A stretch of 64,000 bases of DNA from an uncultured bacterium (GCA_963729625.1 CAVSOU010000008.1:192001-256000); one strand, 5' to 3'. Counted from the first letter of the stretch, positions 18,778 through 29,852 are shown. Translations and numbers: made by a program. Notes: generated by a model not told the origin, from the sequence alone.

Positions 18778-20214
18778 CTATTCGGCGCTTGATTCCGGGG
18801 CCGCTGGACCGCCCGGGAGCTCCCCGGCGTCCTCCCGCCAGCTGTTCACTGCGGCAAAGGCCTGGGCAAAGGCAGGATTGGCGAAGACCTGCCGGCGCTG
18901 GCTGAAGTTGTCGTCATTCTCATAGATCGCCAGCTGCCAGAGCATCTCAGGCGGCGCCAGCGGGTTGGGCGAGGCGCCTCCGGCGAGATGGAGTACATGC
19001 CGGAGGGCAGAGGGTGGAAGAGACGGATTCCCGGCAAGAGCATTGATCACCTCCGGAGATGGGTCGCCGGTAAGTGAGTCGAGCACATCTCGCGGCGTGC
19101 CTGGGTTCCGGGCAACTACCGCCCGCACTGCCGCGTGCTGCGCTATGGAACGAGCGCGGAGCAAGTGCGGCGGGCAGGATGGATTCACCAGGCAGGCTCG
19201 TTTCACTGCCTCCCCGCCGGCGTGGTACAGGTGTTCCAGCGTCCGCGGAGGGGCGGATGGATTCGCGGCCAACGCCGCATGAGCGTCAGAGTCCCACATG
19301 CGCGCAATGCGATCGAGCAGCGCCGGCGGTGTCGATGGGTTTCCGGCTACCTGCTCTGTGACCGCGCGCGATCGCACGTCGATGAGCCTGATCAGCTCGG
19401 CGGATGTCGACAGCGGATTCGCCGCGCGGACGGCAGGATCGGGGTCATACAGCAGACCCTCGAGGGTTTCTCGTGAGGTCGACGGGTTCCGGGTCACGCC
19501 AATGCGCACGATCGGCGACATATCGGCCGAAAGCCTCGAGAGCGTCGCCACGTCGAGCGACGGGTTGCGGGCAAGATCGGCGCGACAGCGGTCGGGTCCG
19601 GATTCGAGGATGCGCGCTACCACCTGTGGCGGCAGATCGCGCCGCCTGGCTACCAGCCAGCCGTCGCGAAACGGCACCAGCGCCAGCAGCATGAGGGCCT
19701 GAGCGGGAGCGCGCGGATGTTCCGCGATCGCCGCGAGATAGCTGTACGATTCGTTTCGCGCCACTGCCTGATGGGTAAGCTCCAGCAGCACCTCGGGCGG
19801 TGTAGCGAGATGAACGGCCACCTGCTCGCGCACGCATTCTTCGGGATCCAGCGCGAGCATGCGCAGCAGGGAAGGCTGCGACCAGGGGTGCGCGGCCGCG
19901 CCGCGGCGAACGAGCGGCACGGTGTCCTGCGCGAGATTTCTCAGGTTCTCCAAGGGCAATCCCGCGTTTCCGGCCACCGCGGCACGGATGCGCGCATCGG
20001 GATCGCGAGCAATAAGATTCAGAAATTCAGCCGGCGCCGACATCTCGCGAATGCGTCCAAGGAGAGCGGGCAACGAGTCCGACTCTCCCAGGCGCGGATC
20101 GTCAAACACAAAGCGGAATCCAGCCAGTAGCCGTCGATAGTATGCGCGATAGAAACCCCCGGGATCCTCGAGATCCCGGCAGCGCACGGTGAACATACCG
20201 GCAAACTGTGCCAC
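18778..20214 (-). CDS. LRV/HEAT-like helical repeat protein
   Basis: Recurring DxxxxVRxxVAxNPSTPxxxLxxL units. Confidence 0.85.
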   Translation of the reverse strand: MAQFAGMFTVRCRDLEDPGGFYRAYYRRLLAGFRFVFDDPRLGESDSLPALLGRIREMSAPAEFLNLIARDPDARIRAAVAGNAGLPLENLRNLAQDTVPLVRRGAAAHPWSQPSLLRMLALDPEECVREQVAVHLATPPEVLLELTHQAVARNESYSYLAAIAEHPRAPAQALMLLALVPFRDGWLVARRRDLPPQVVARILESGPDRCRADLARNPSLDVATLSRLSADMSPIVRIGVTRNPSTSRETLEGLLYDPDPAVRAANPLSTSAELIRLIDVRSRAVTEQVAGNPSTPPALLDRIARMWDSDAHAALAANPSAPPRTLEHLYHAGGEAVKRACLVNPSCPPHLLRARSIAQHAAVRAVVARNPGTPRDVLDSLTGDPSPEVINALAGNPSLPPSALRHVLHLAGGASPNPLAPPEMLWQLAIYENDDNFSQRRQVFANPAFAQAFAAVNSWREDAGELPGGPAAPESSAE

Positions 20215-20701
20215 CGGACATCTCCTGCCTGCTGCTTCTCACTTTGATTGTAAGGATCGCTACGCTACATGTCGCACTGTTCACATTCTCGCAGATGCCT
20301 CGACCACTGTGCGGCCCAGGCGCGGACAACCGCGTTGTCCGGCCCTGCGGAGGACTGTCACTCGATCGTCATCCGGCGTGCTTGGTTGGGAAACCCAGTT
20401 GCATCAGTATTATGTGCAGCAACCTGTGCTCTGGTGACGGCGCTTTCAGGACGAAAAAAGGCACTCCATACCCCTTCACGAACCACCAACGCAGCATGTA
20501 TGATTGCACAGGTGGGCGCGGGCTGTGGATAACCCTGCGAAACGCGGTACTGCACATATCTCTTCGGACGAGGATGCTCTGTCGGTCCAGCCCCTGACAG
20601 CCTGTCCGGCAGGCCGGCCTGCACGGCGCCGTCGACCAGGCTCGGTGACCTATGGATTCGCAGGCGTTCTATGCTGTATCGGAAGCAGGTAACTGGAAGA
20701 T

Positions 20702-21184
20702 ATGTACGCTCGCCAGGAGCTCCCTCGATTCGTTCCGAGCAACGAGCTCTGCCAGTGCAAAGACTCTCCCGTGAAGATGATGTCGACATTGAGCGCACAT
20801 CCCCTCCACTGCATGAACTGTCATCGCGAAGTTCCGCCCGAGAATCTCTCCCTGTCTGTCCGGACCGCGGACGCGCTGGCCGACTGGCGGCGCACCTACG
20901 ATGCCCTCGACTGGCTGTGGCTTGAAGCCGGCTCCTACGAACAATGGGCTCGCGACCAATTGTCGGACGTCTCGAGCATAGCCAACGTGCGCGGTCGCCT
21001 CGTACAACAGGCGATCAATCGCCTGCGTCGGTGCTACTATTGGTACTTTCAAGACCAGTCGCTACCGGACTTCCAGCCGATCACGGCCTGCCCGGTCTGC
21101 GGCGAACGAATGAAAACATACTCGAATGGCCTCTACGCGCAACGCGTGTGCGAGCGCGACAGTATCGTGACCATCGGCGACTAG
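20702..21184 (+). CDS. Zn-ribbon protein (DUF2310-like)
   Basis: CQC, PLHCMNC, WRRTYDALDWLWLEAGSYEQWA, YYWYF, CPVCG. Confidence 0.7.
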   Translation: MYARQELPRFVPSNELCQCKDSPVKMMSTLSAHPLHCMNCHREVPPENLSLSVRTADALADWRRTYDALDWLWLEAGSYEQWARDQLSDVSSIANVRGRLVQQAINRLRRCYYWYFQDQSLPDFQPITACPVCGERMKTYSNGLYAQRVCERDSIVTIGD

Positions 21185-21486
21185 CCGTGGCGCTGGCCTG
21201 CCGGTGATGCCCTGGAATTCCACTGTCGAGCGCCCGGCGGGCGCTTTCGTTTCGGTAGCTCTATCAGAACGGTGACTCGTGGCTGCGCTACGACGAGTCA
21301 AGGTGCGACTGCCCTGCTACTTCGGCGCACCCACATGGAGCACGAGCGTCTCGCCGGGTTGTGCGCGGAGTCGTACACTGAGGGCGGGGCGACGGCATGT
21401 GACCGGAGCAAGAGCATCGGCGCCTGCTGAGCCGGTGCGGGTCCCAGGCGTAGAGACGCACGTATGCGCGAGTGCAGGAGGGTCTC

Positions 21487-22530
21487 ATGGCAGGTACATT
21501 GGGTCGGATCTCATCGATGTTCAAGGCCAAGATGAACGCGACTCTCGACTCGGTGGAAAACCCCAACGAGATGATCGACTACTCGTACCAGCAACAGGTG
21601 GAGCAGCTGCAGAAGGTTCGGCGAGGCATCCTCGACGTGGCGGCTGCCAAGGCCCGTCTGCAGATGCAGCTCGCGCACCTGCAGCAGGACTCCGCAAAGT
21701 TCGATGCTCAGGCCCGCCAGGCGCTCGCCGCCAACCGGGAAGACCTTGCTCGTCTGGCCCTCTCCCGCAAGTCCGACGCTGCACAGCAGCTCCAGAGCAT
21801 GCAAGCGCAGATCGAGGCGCTGCAGAGCCAGCAGGAGCAGCTACAGGAAGGCGAGAAACGACTCGGCGCCAAGATAGAGTCCTTCAATTCCGGAAAGGAG
21901 GCGATCAAGGCGCAGTACACCGCCGCGCAGGCGCAAGTGCAGATCAGCGAGGCGGCATCGGGACTCTCCGAAGAGATGGCCGACGTCAACGCGGCCATTC
22001 AGCGGGCCGAGGACAAGACGCAGGCCATGCAGGCGCGGGCAACCGCCATCGACGAGCTAACGGCCGCGGGCACCCTTCCCGACCTGCTGACTTCCAGCGG
22101 CGACGATGTGCAGGCCCAGCTAGACCAGCTCTCCACGAGCAGCAGCGTCGACGCGGAGCTTGCCGCCCTGAAGGCGCAGCTTGGTCAGGGTGCGCCGCCT
22201 CCGGCGCGGATCGGCCCGGCGCCGGCATCACCGGGACTGGTCGTACGCGTGCAAGGAAGCGGCCAGTACCGGCTGGCGCAGCCCGAGATCGATGACCTGC
22301 AGCGCCTGGACCAGCAGCTCACCGACGCGGTGCATGCGCACGACGACCAGCGCGTCCACGCCGTGCTGAGCCAGATGATCGCGCTGGTGCAGACGCGGGG
22401 CACAAGCGTCGATCACGCGGAGGTGGTGGCCTCGGAGACGATACTGCCGCCCAGTACGATCAGCATCGAGGAGGTGCAGTCGCTGATGCACGACGACGGC
22501 CTGATAGAGGGCAACCCGCCGCCTGCTTGA
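21487..22530 (+). CDS. pspA: PspA/IM30 family protein with fused C-terminal PspAA-like domain
   Basis: Coiled coil with ENPNEMIDYSY, REDLARLAL, ARATAIDEL, VDAELAALK; C-terminal VVRVQGSGQYRL..SETILPP..EEVQSLMHDDGLIEG. Confidence 0.88.
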   Translation: MAGTLGRISSMFKAKMNATLDSVENPNEMIDYSYQQQVEQLQKVRRGILDVAAAKARLQMQLAHLQQDSAKFDAQARQALAANREDLARLALSRKSDAAQQLQSMQAQIEALQSQQEQLQEGEKRLGAKIESFNSGKEAIKAQYTAAQAQVQISEAASGLSEEMADVNAAIQRAEDKTQAMQARATAIDELTAAGTLPDLLTSSGDDVQAQLDQLSTSSSVDAELAALKAQLGQGAPPPARIGPAPASPGLVVRVQGSGQYRLAQPEIDDLQRLDQQLTDAVHAHDDQRVHAVLSQMIALVQTRGTSVDHAEVVASETILPPSTISIEEVQSLMHDDGLIEGNPPPA

Positions 22531-22568
22531 GCGCCACATACCTGCCGGAAGCGCGCGGATGCCGGAGG

Positions 22569-23591
22569 TCAGCGAACATCTTGTCCGCGACGGAAGTCGG
22601 TCGGATTCGGGCGATCCGGGCTCGCGACGAGGTTGCGCGGCGTGCCTGCCACAAACGCTTCGATGTTCCCGACCAATTGCTCGGCCAAGACCTCCAACGA
22701 CTGAACGCTCGCCCAGGCCATATGCGGCGTGACGATCAGGTTGGGAAGCTGCAGGATGAGGAGAGGGTTGCCGTTCTTGGGTGGCTCCTCGGAGAGAACG
22801 TCCACGCCGGCGCCGCCGATGGCGCCTCCGGCAAGTGCTGCCGCGAGCGCTGCTTCATTCACAATCCCGCCTCGCGCACAATTGATGAGCAGCGCGTCGC
22901 GGCGCAGCAGAGCCAGCTCGGCCGTGTCGATCAGGTTCCTCGTCTGATCATTCAGCGGACACAGGACCGCCAGCACATCGCTTTGGGCCAGCACGTCTTC
23001 GAACGGTGTGCGGCCTTCACGCACATGCGCCGCGCCTTTGCGCTCGGCCACCAGCACGGGCATGGCGAAACAGCGTGCCAGCGCCTCCACGCGCCTGCCC
23101 AGCGCTCCATAGCCGATCACGCCCAACGTCGATCCCGCCAGCGCTCGGGGCAGCGGATCGAGCAGCACCCCGTAGGTAGCGGACGCTTGCCATGTTCCGA
23201 GACCAACGGCCGCCTGATAGGCGGGCAGCTGTCGTCGCAAGGCGAGCGCAATGGCAAAGATGTGTTCGGGAACCGATACGGCCCAGTCGTGCACATTGCA
23301 GACGGCGACACCGCGATCCTGGCAGGCTGTGACGTCCACGTGATCGCATCCGGTCGCGGCCACTGCCACCAGTCGCAACGAAGGCACCTCATCCAGAATT
23401 GTCGCACCGATCGGCGCCCGATTCGTGATGGCCACGGTCGCGCCGGCGCTATCGACGTCCCGCAGCCGTTCCACGGTCAGCTCGGGAGGCGTGTAGGGGT
23501 ACTCCTGCCAAACATGAGGGAAGTTGGGTCTCCGCAAGGGAACACGGATGGCGTTGCGATCGAGAAAGACGATTCGCTGCCGCTCCATCAT
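22569..23591 (-). CDS. D-2-hydroxyacid dehydrogenase (glycerate dehydrogenase-like)
   Basis: ATGCDHVD, GVIGYGALG, LINCARGGIV, DVLSEEPP, TPHMAWAS. Confidence 0.92.
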   Translation of the reverse strand: MMERQRIVFLDRNAIRVPLRRPNFPHVWQEYPYTPPELTVERLRDVDSAGATVAITNRAPIGATILDEVPSLRLVAVAATGCDHVDVTACQDRGVAVCNVHDWAVSVPEHIFAIALALRRQLPAYQAAVGLGTWQASATYGVLLDPLPRALAGSTLGVIGYGALGRRVEALARCFAMPVLVAERKGAAHVREGRTPFEDVLAQSDVLAVLCPLNDQTRNLIDTAELALLRRDALLINCARGGIVNEAALAAALAGGAIGGAGVDVLSEEPPKNGNPLLILQLPNLIVTPHMAWASVQSLEVLAEQLVGNIEAFVAGTPRNLVASPDRPNPTDFRRGQDVR

Positions 23592-23772
23592 GTTCTCTTC
23601 CCACGGTTGGTTACCGGTGCCACGCGCGATATCGTAACTGCGGACGAAACGCGCCAAACCGATATTGACTCCACACGACAACCTGAGTCCCGCGCGGCAT
23701 ACATGATAAAGCAAAGAGGAGGTGCGCGAGAATGGCGCTGCATTGCAGCCTGGCACGGTGGGATTTTGACGA

Positions 23773-23994
23773 ATGGCAGCCTATTATGGCGTGATGCGAG
23801 ACAAACACGTGGAGTTCGAGGGGGACGTACCGCTCGCGGAAGGCACACAGGTCGAAGTCTGGCCGCGCCGACCGGCAGAGGAGCAGGCGGAATGGGTAGT
23901 CGATACCTGGGTTGCGCCTGGCCTCAACCCAACTGCCGCCGCTGCAGACTCCTCTACCCCAAGTCTCAACAGCTCGTACGATGACGCGCAATAG
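23773..23994 (+). CDS. Small protein, DUF104/AF2212-like antitoxin fold (orphan)
   Basis: YYGVMRDKHVEFEGDVPLAEGTQVEV pattern. Confidence 0.5.
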   Translation: MAAYYGVMRDKHVEFEGDVPLAEGTQVEVWPRRPAEEQAEWVVDTWVAPGLNPTAAAADSSTPSLNSSYDDAQ

Positions 23995-24073
23995 CAGTGG
24001 CTTGTGTAAACTACTAACCCTGTGGCGTGTCCCAAGCGGGGTGTGGTCCGGGCAGGATGAAGGGAGCAGTGGC

Positions 24074-25477
24074 GTGACAACTTCCATGGGTGCCGGCGTA
24101 GCTGAGGCGACTATTCAGCAGTTCAAGAGCGGCTTGCGGGGTCCATTGCTGCAGCCTGGCGACGCCGGCTACGATGATGCGCGGCGAGTCTGGAATGGGA
24201 TGATCGACCGCAAGCCGGCGATGATCGCCCGCTGTAAGGGCGTTGCCGACGTGATGAGCGCCGTGCAGTTCGCACGGGCAAACAACCTGCTGGTGTCCGT
24301 GCGGGGCGGTGGCCACAATGTGAGTGGCAACGCGGTGTGCGACGATGGCCTTATGATTGATCTATCGCCAACGAAGGGCATTCGCATCGACCCGGCACGG
24401 CGCGTCGCGCGGGCACAGGCCGGCGTAACATGGGGTGAGCTCGACCACGAGACGCAGGCGTTCGGTCTGGCGGTGACCGGCGGGCAGATCTCCACCACCG
24501 GAATCGCCGGCCTCACGCTTGGCGGCGGCATCGGCAATCTCATGCGCAAGTGCGGGCTCAGCGTCGACAACCTCCTGTCGGTGGACATAGTGACGGCGGA
24601 CGGGCGGCTGCTGACCGCCAACGCCACCGAGAACGAAGACCTGTTCTGGGGCGTACGTGGCGGTGGCGGCAACTTCGGCGTGGTCACGTCCTTCCAATAC
24701 CGGCTGCACCCGGTGGGTCCATTAGTTTTGGGCGGCATGGCACTGTATCCGGCCGCCATGGCGCGCGAGCTTCTGCGCTTCTTCCGAGACTGGGCCGGGT
24801 CGGCCCCCGACGAGCTGACGCCGACGCTGGCCTTCCTCACCGCTCCGCCGGCGCCGTTCGTGCCGACACATCTGCACTTCCAGCCGATGGTCGGCGTCCT
24901 CGTGTGCTATGCCGGTTCCATTGACGAAGGCGAGCGAGTCGTGGCGCCGTTGCGCGCGTTTGCACAGCCCGCGGTCGATCTTATCGGCCCGGTACCCTAC
25001 ACCGCGGTTCAGCAGATGCTTGACGGCTCGGCACCCTGGGGCATGCAGGTGTACGTGAAATCGGCCCATCTCACGGGGATGCCCGACGAGGCGGTTGACA
25101 CCATCGTGCGCCACGCAAGCACCGTGACCTCGCCCCTCAGCGTCATACCGATCAGTCCACTTGGCGGCGCCGTCGGGCGCGTTGGCGAGCATGATACGGC
25201 ATTTGGTCACCGTGGCACGGCGTTTGACATCCAGATCCTCGCGTGCTGGACGGATCCTGCAGAGCACGAACGGCATGTGGCGTGGGCACGCGACTTTTCG
25301 ACGGCGTTACGCCCATTCTCGCGTGGCGTATACGTGAACGAGCTCGGCAACGAGGGGGAGGATCGGGTCAGGGAAGCCTATAATCCCAGGACATATGAGC
25401 GGCTGGTCGCACTCAAGACCAAGTACGATCCCGAGAACCTGTTCCGCCTCAATCAGAACATCAAGCCGGCCCGGTAA
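24074..25477 (+). CDS. FAD-binding oxidoreductase with BBE domain
   Basis: VRGGGHNV, GLTLGGG, DLFWGVRGGGGNFGVVT, KYDPENLFRLNQNI. Confidence 0.95.
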   Translation: MTTSMGAGVAEATIQQFKSGLRGPLLQPGDAGYDDARRVWNGMIDRKPAMIARCKGVADVMSAVQFARANNLLVSVRGGGHNVSGNAVCDDGLMIDLSPTKGIRIDPARRVARAQAGVTWGELDHETQAFGLAVTGGQISTTGIAGLTLGGGIGNLMRKCGLSVDNLLSVDIVTADGRLLTANATENEDLFWGVRGGGGNFGVVTSFQYRLHPVGPLVLGGMALYPAAMARELLRFFRDWAGSAPDELTPTLAFLTAPPAPFVPTHLHFQPMVGVLVCYAGSIDEGERVVAPLRAFAQPAVDLIGPVPYTAVQQMLDGSAPWGMQVYVKSAHLTGMPDEAVDTIVRHASTVTSPLSVIPISPLGGAVGRVGEHDTAFGHRGTAFDIQILACWTDPAEHERHVAWARDFSTALRPFSRGVYVNELGNEGEDRVREAYNPRTYERLVALKTKYDPENLFRLNQNIKPAR

Positions 25478-25710
25478 TCCATAAGAAGGCATATCTTTGA
25501 TCCGATTAGCCTTGCGCGGCGTACAACCTGTAGCTGCCTGATACGGCAGCCGGCGCCAAGCTCCGCAACGCAGCTCGCGGAAACGGCGTCACTGCCCGGA
25601 ACGGGCAGGGTGGAGAACAGCCTGCATGGTCTCCTGGTCGGCGAACCATGGCGCCGTCCAGCTGGGTGGACTGATGCACGGCTCGCAGCCATAGGAAGGC
25701 AAGGTTCAAG

Positions 25711-25980
25711 ATGGCCGGTTTGTCACGCAAGAGCTTCATCGAACACGCGTCGGTTGGCGCCGCGGCGGCGGCTGCACTCGTCACCGTGCCGGGCTACACG
25801 TTCGCGCGCGAGACGGCGCACGCGAACGCGGCGGGCGCCAGAACGGCTGCTCATGCCGGGCCAATTCTCGCGCACGTCCGCAACGCGGCGACAGGCGAAA
25901 TCGCTGTACTGTTCGGCACTCGCGAGGTGATCATTCACGATCGGGAAGTCGCCGCCCGTCTGCTCCGGGCCGCACAGTAG
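25711..25980 (+). CDS. Small Tat-signal protein
   Basis: LSRKSFIEHASVGAAAAAALV Tat-like leader; upstream of the DUF4331 gene. Confidence 0.7.
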   Translation: MAGLSRKSFIEHASVGAAAAAALVTVPGYTFARETAHANAAGARTAAHAGPILAHVRNAATGEIAVLFGTREVIIHDREVAARLLRAAQ

Positions 25981-26098
25981 CACTCCAGACGTGCCGCCGT
26001 CCGGTCATTCGTAGATCGAGCGGACGCCTCATGCGGGCCGCGTGTCAGACGGCCCAACAGACTCAGCGCTCGCACTCAGCCAGAGAAAGGGAACACAC

Positions 26099-27445
26099 GT
26101 GTCATCTCATCGCGAGGCACCGGGCCTCTTGAACGATCCGGCAGCCGACAGCACCGACCTCTATGCTTTCGTCAGCCCCGATCAGCCGGACACCGTGACG
26201 ATCATCTGCAACTACGTACCGCTCGAGGCGCCGGACGGCGGCCCCAACTTCTTCCAGTTCGGCGACGACGTCCTCTATGAGATCCGCATCGACAACACCG
26301 GCGACGGCGTCGCCGAGGTCGTCTACCAGTTCACGTTTCACACCGAGGTGCGGAACCCGAACACGTTTCTCTATAACACGGGACCGATCACCGCGCTCGA
26401 CAGCGCCAACTGGAACCGGCGCCAGTTCATGAAGGTCACCAAGGTGGTGCAGGGCAAGTCGACCGTTCTCGGCACCGAGCTCGCCTGCCCGCCATGCAAC
26501 ATCGGTCCGCGGTCCACGCCCAACTACGCCACGCTGGCTCAGGCGGCCGTGCACACGCTGCCTGGAGGCATGAAAGTCTTCGCCGGCCAACGCCGCGAGG
26601 GCTTCTACATCGACCTGGGCGCGATCTTCGATCTCGGCGACTTGCGGCCGTTCCAGAATCTTCACCTGATCCCATCGCCGGCAGCCCTTGGGGTGGATGC
26701 GACCAAGGCGGCAAACGTGCATTCCATCGCCATCCAGGTACCGATGACCGACCTCACCCGCGGCGGGGTGAAACCGACCAATGCCTCGGATTCCCGCGCG
26801 GTAGTCGGCATATGGTGTGACGCGCGGCGCCAGAGGGCTGCGGTACAGGGGGAAGCGGTCGGGCCCTGGGGCCAGGTTTCCCGCCTTGGCAACCCGTTGA
26901 TCAACGAGGTCATCATCCCGATGGGGCGGAAAGACGAATGGAACATCAAGGATCCCGCGCAGGACTCGCTGTTCCTCAGCTACGTGCAGCATCCTGAGCT
27001 GGCCGGGCTGCTGCCCGTGCTGTACCCCCACGTGTTTCCGAACCTTGCCGCCTATACGAAGCCGCGCGCGGACCTTGCGGCCATCCTGATGACCGGCATT
27101 CCCTCCGGGATCGTACCCGGTTTCCAGAACTTCACGGGCGCCAAGCCCGCCGACATGCTGCGGCTGAACGTAGCCATCCCGCCGGCATCGACCCCCAATG
27201 TGCTCGGCGTCGTAGGCGGCGATCTTGCCGGGTTCCCCAACGGCCGCCGCGTGATGGACGACGTCTTCACCATCGAGCTTCGTGCCGTGGCAGGTGTGAC
27301 TATTCCGCTCGTCGACAAGTCCTTCACTCCGGACGGGGCGGCAAGCAAGGTATCGGACAATCTCACGCCAGCCGGCAATCGCTTCATGAGCACCTTCCCC
27401 TACCTCGGCACGCCGCTCGACGGCTACGGCACACCCGCCTCCTGA
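26099..27445 (+). CDS. DUF4331 domain protein
   Basis: SSHREAP..DSTDLYAFVSP, QVSRLGNPLINE, DMLRLN, GFPNGRR, FPYLGTP. Confidence 0.9.
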   Translation: MSSHREAPGLLNDPAADSTDLYAFVSPDQPDTVTIICNYVPLEAPDGGPNFFQFGDDVLYEIRIDNTGDGVAEVVYQFTFHTEVRNPNTFLYNTGPITALDSANWNRRQFMKVTKVVQGKSTVLGTELACPPCNIGPRSTPNYATLAQAAVHTLPGGMKVFAGQRREGFYIDLGAIFDLGDLRPFQNLHLIPSPAALGVDATKAANVHSIAIQVPMTDLTRGGVKPTNASDSRAVVGIWCDARRQRAAVQGEAVGPWGQVSRLGNPLINEVIIPMGRKDEWNIKDPAQDSLFLSYVQHPELAGLLPVLYPHVFPNLAAYTKPRADLAAILMTGIPSGIVPGFQNFTGAKPADMLRLNVAIPPASTPNVLGVVGGDLAGFPNGRRVMDDVFTIELRAVAGVTIPLVDKSFTPDGAASKVSDNLTPAGNRFMSTFPYLGTPLDGYGTPAS

Positions 27446-27610
27446 TTTCGACGGCAGCCGCCAGGGAGATTTCGGACCCACGTAGCCCACCACGGCGGGG
27501 CAGGCCTATCTCGCAATTCCACCGCCGCACACGCGGAAGACGACGGCACCCTGGGGTGGAGCGTGCTGTTGCCAACGCAACACGGCAGCTGGGTCCACCA
27601 GAATCCGAAA

Positions 27611-27646
27611 GCGCGGAGGGCGGGAGCCGGCTCCCGCCCTCCGCGC
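27611..27646. repeat. Perfect 36-bp palindrome (REP-like element or terminator between convergent genes)
   Basis: gcgcggagggcgggagcc followed immediately by ggctcccgccctccgcgc. Confidence 0.75.
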
Positions 27647-27819
27647 GCCGTTTGACGGGACCAGGGCCGCGGCGGCGTCACCGCACGGCGTCGACCGTCC
27701 CACGCTGCGTCGCTACGACACGCGACGACCGCTGGACGAAAGGCTCTCTACTTGTTGGCCGCTGCCCTGGCCAGGCCCGTCACGAGCGCGTGCAGGCCGA
27801 GCTCGAGTTGTAAACTCGG

Positions 27820-28047
27820 CTATCCAGGGACCTTTCGCCTGGCTCCGGCGGCGGTTCTTTTGCCGGTATTGGAGGCCCCGAGCAGGGGAGACCCCGCGCC
27901 CAGCAGGAACCCCAACTCATACCAGTTGTCAGCTCTGGCAGTATCGAAGAAAGGGTACTCGTGCCAGCCGCCAAAAACGTGGACGATCAGAATAATCAAT
28001 GCGGTGATGCCGTTCCAGAATCCCCAGAGCAGGTCTTGCCACCACAT
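27820..28047 (-). CDS. Small membrane protein
   Basis: MWWQDLLWGFWNGITALIILIVHVFGGW..WYELGFLLG; RBS GGGAGAG. Confidence 0.65.
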   Translation of the reverse strand: MWWQDLLWGFWNGITALIILIVHVFGGWHEYPFFDTARADNWYELGFLLGAGSPLLGASNTGKRTAAGARRKVPG

Positions 28048-28265
28048 GATGCTCTCCCGTGCCATGGCCAGAACATAGCATGGCCGATCCGGTTCAGCAA
28101 GGATCGCCGGGGTGCGTCTCCGACCTAGAACCGCTCCGCCTGGATCGCGTCAAGAATCTCGTCGCAGACATAGACACGGGGGTGCGTGTGGCCCGGGTCG
28201 AGGCGCAGGACGACGAGCGGGGGAGGGTACGTCACGTCAGACCTCCCATCCGCAGCGTCCATGGA

Positions 28266-29159
28266 TCAGATATCCGCAAACCATTTGCCGTCTACTGCCA
28301 CCTTTTCGATCATCTCAACACCCACGCCGAGACGCAGTTCCTTAAGCTTCTCCATCAGGCGATCGCCGTCAACCAGGTCAACTGGGGGAGCGCCGTCGCG
28401 CGCCGCTTCAGCCCGCGCATCGCGCGTGAAGGTGCCCGTGGTCAGCACAAGGCCGCGGTCGGCGCGTCCGATCATGGCGCCGCGAAAGTCACGGATCTCG
28501 CCTGCTCCGACACTGCCTCGGTAGCGTTTGCACTGGAAGAGTACAGGGAAGCTGAGCAGCCCGCCGAGTTGTACGAGACCAACGCCATCGACACCGCCAT
28601 CACCGGATCTGCCGGTCACCTTGACCTGGGTAAATCCCGATTCTCGAAGAAGGCGCTGGCACAATCGCTCGAAAGCGCCGGGCTCCAGTGCAAGCAACAC
28701 ACGCATAAGCTGACTCTGCCAGGACTGGTCCTGCTCGACTTCGGCGACGGCCTCCGTCACTGCCATGTCCCGGTCCCCATCAGCGTCCAGTCTCATCGCG
28801 GACGCCTGCGTGCCCTCGGTCTGCTCACCAAACCGTTGTGCTTTGATCCGCGAGCGCACGAAGCGCACGACCTCTTGTTCGTTCACGTGTTTGCAGTCTT
28901 TGCCGGCAGGCGTGAGCACCCACACTCCGCGCGAAGTATTGTCGAGCAGGCCGAACGCCTTCAGGTAGGTCCGCGCCCAGGCGAGTCGGTATTCGACTTC
29001 AGTGCTGTGGACACCATGCTGCTGCGCAAGGTCGGCCGGAGAGATCTGCAGGCTGCCAATAACCTCGTCTTCCATCTCGGCGATCGTCGCGGAGCCACCC
29101 AGCCGCTTCATCGCTTCCAGCACGGGGTTGAACAGCTGATGGTACTTTGGAACCGCCAT
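28266..29159 (-). CDS. mrr: Mrr family (type IV) restriction endonuclease
   Basis: Mrr_N (VPKYHQLFNPVLEA..RLAWARTYLK) plus catalytic FERLC..SGDGGVDG..QCKRY..LVDGDRL. Confidence 0.92.
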   Translation of the reverse strand: MAVPKYHQLFNPVLEAMKRLGGSATIAEMEDEVIGSLQISPADLAQQHGVHSTEVEYRLAWARTYLKAFGLLDNTSRGVWVLTPAGKDCKHVNEQEVVRFVRSRIKAQRFGEQTEGTQASAMRLDADGDRDMAVTEAVAEVEQDQSWQSQLMRVLLALEPGAFERLCQRLLRESGFTQVKVTGRSGDGGVDGVGLVQLGGLLSFPVLFQCKRYRGSVGAGEIRDFRGAMIGRADRGLVLTTGTFTRDARAEAARDGAPPVDLVDGDRLMEKLKELRLGVGVEMIEKVAVDGKWFADI

Positions 29160-29428
29160 TTCTGCTCCCTACAGAGTAGGTGAAGGCCAGACCGCGCAGT
29201 GTCGCGCGGCGGTCATGCCCGGGATACCACAGCTACTTTATCACCAAGCTGATCGGGAGAACAGCGTCAGCAATGCAGGAGCGATCGCCTGCTTCAACTC
29301 GGTAGGCGGCTGCTGCAGCCCAACGCTCCGCCGGATCTTGCGCGCCCGGGCAAGCCAAGCGCTACTGAGAGGAGGTGCGGCATTGGCGTGTCCGTCAGCC
29401 TCGCGTCGTGGCGTGCCGGGGCTGCCCG

Positions 29429-29851
29429 CTATAGCGTTTGGCGTGTGGCCAGGAAAAGCTCGACCCGATCGGTGGTCCAGGTGGCGAGACCGCTGCCAAA
29501 GAAATCGGTGTCCTCGGTCCAAATGGGACAGTCGAGGGCCAGCGCTGCGGCGAGGATAGGCCAATCGTCCTCATCCCGGAACCGCATGCGCTCGCGCGCA
29601 GGTTGCTCAAACGCTGCGTAGATTTCCTCGTCAACGCACTCGATGGCTAGGGTGAGTGCTTCAAGGACCGCAAGGGCTGCCGCCGCATCGATCCCGTGCT
29701 TTGGCACGATGCGCGGCAGGTGCTCACGCGCGTCTGCAAATGCGATGTCCGGCGCAAAGAACCGGACTGTTGCTGCATACTGTTCCAGGATGGTTCGCAC
29801 ACGCTTCCCGAACACGGCGCGGATGAGGATGTTGGCGTCGAGTACCAACAT
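29429..29851 (-). CDS. PIN domain toxin
   Basis: MLVLDANILIRAV..RDEDDWPILAAALALDCPIWTEDTDFFG. Confidence 0.9.
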   Translation of the reverse strand: MLVLDANILIRAVFGKRVRTILEQYAATVRFFAPDIAFADAREHLPRIVPKHGIDAAAALAVLEALTLAIECVDEEIYAAFEQPARERMRFRDEDDWPILAAALALDCPIWTEDTDFFGSGLATWTTDRVELFLATRQTL

Positions 29852-29852
29852 G

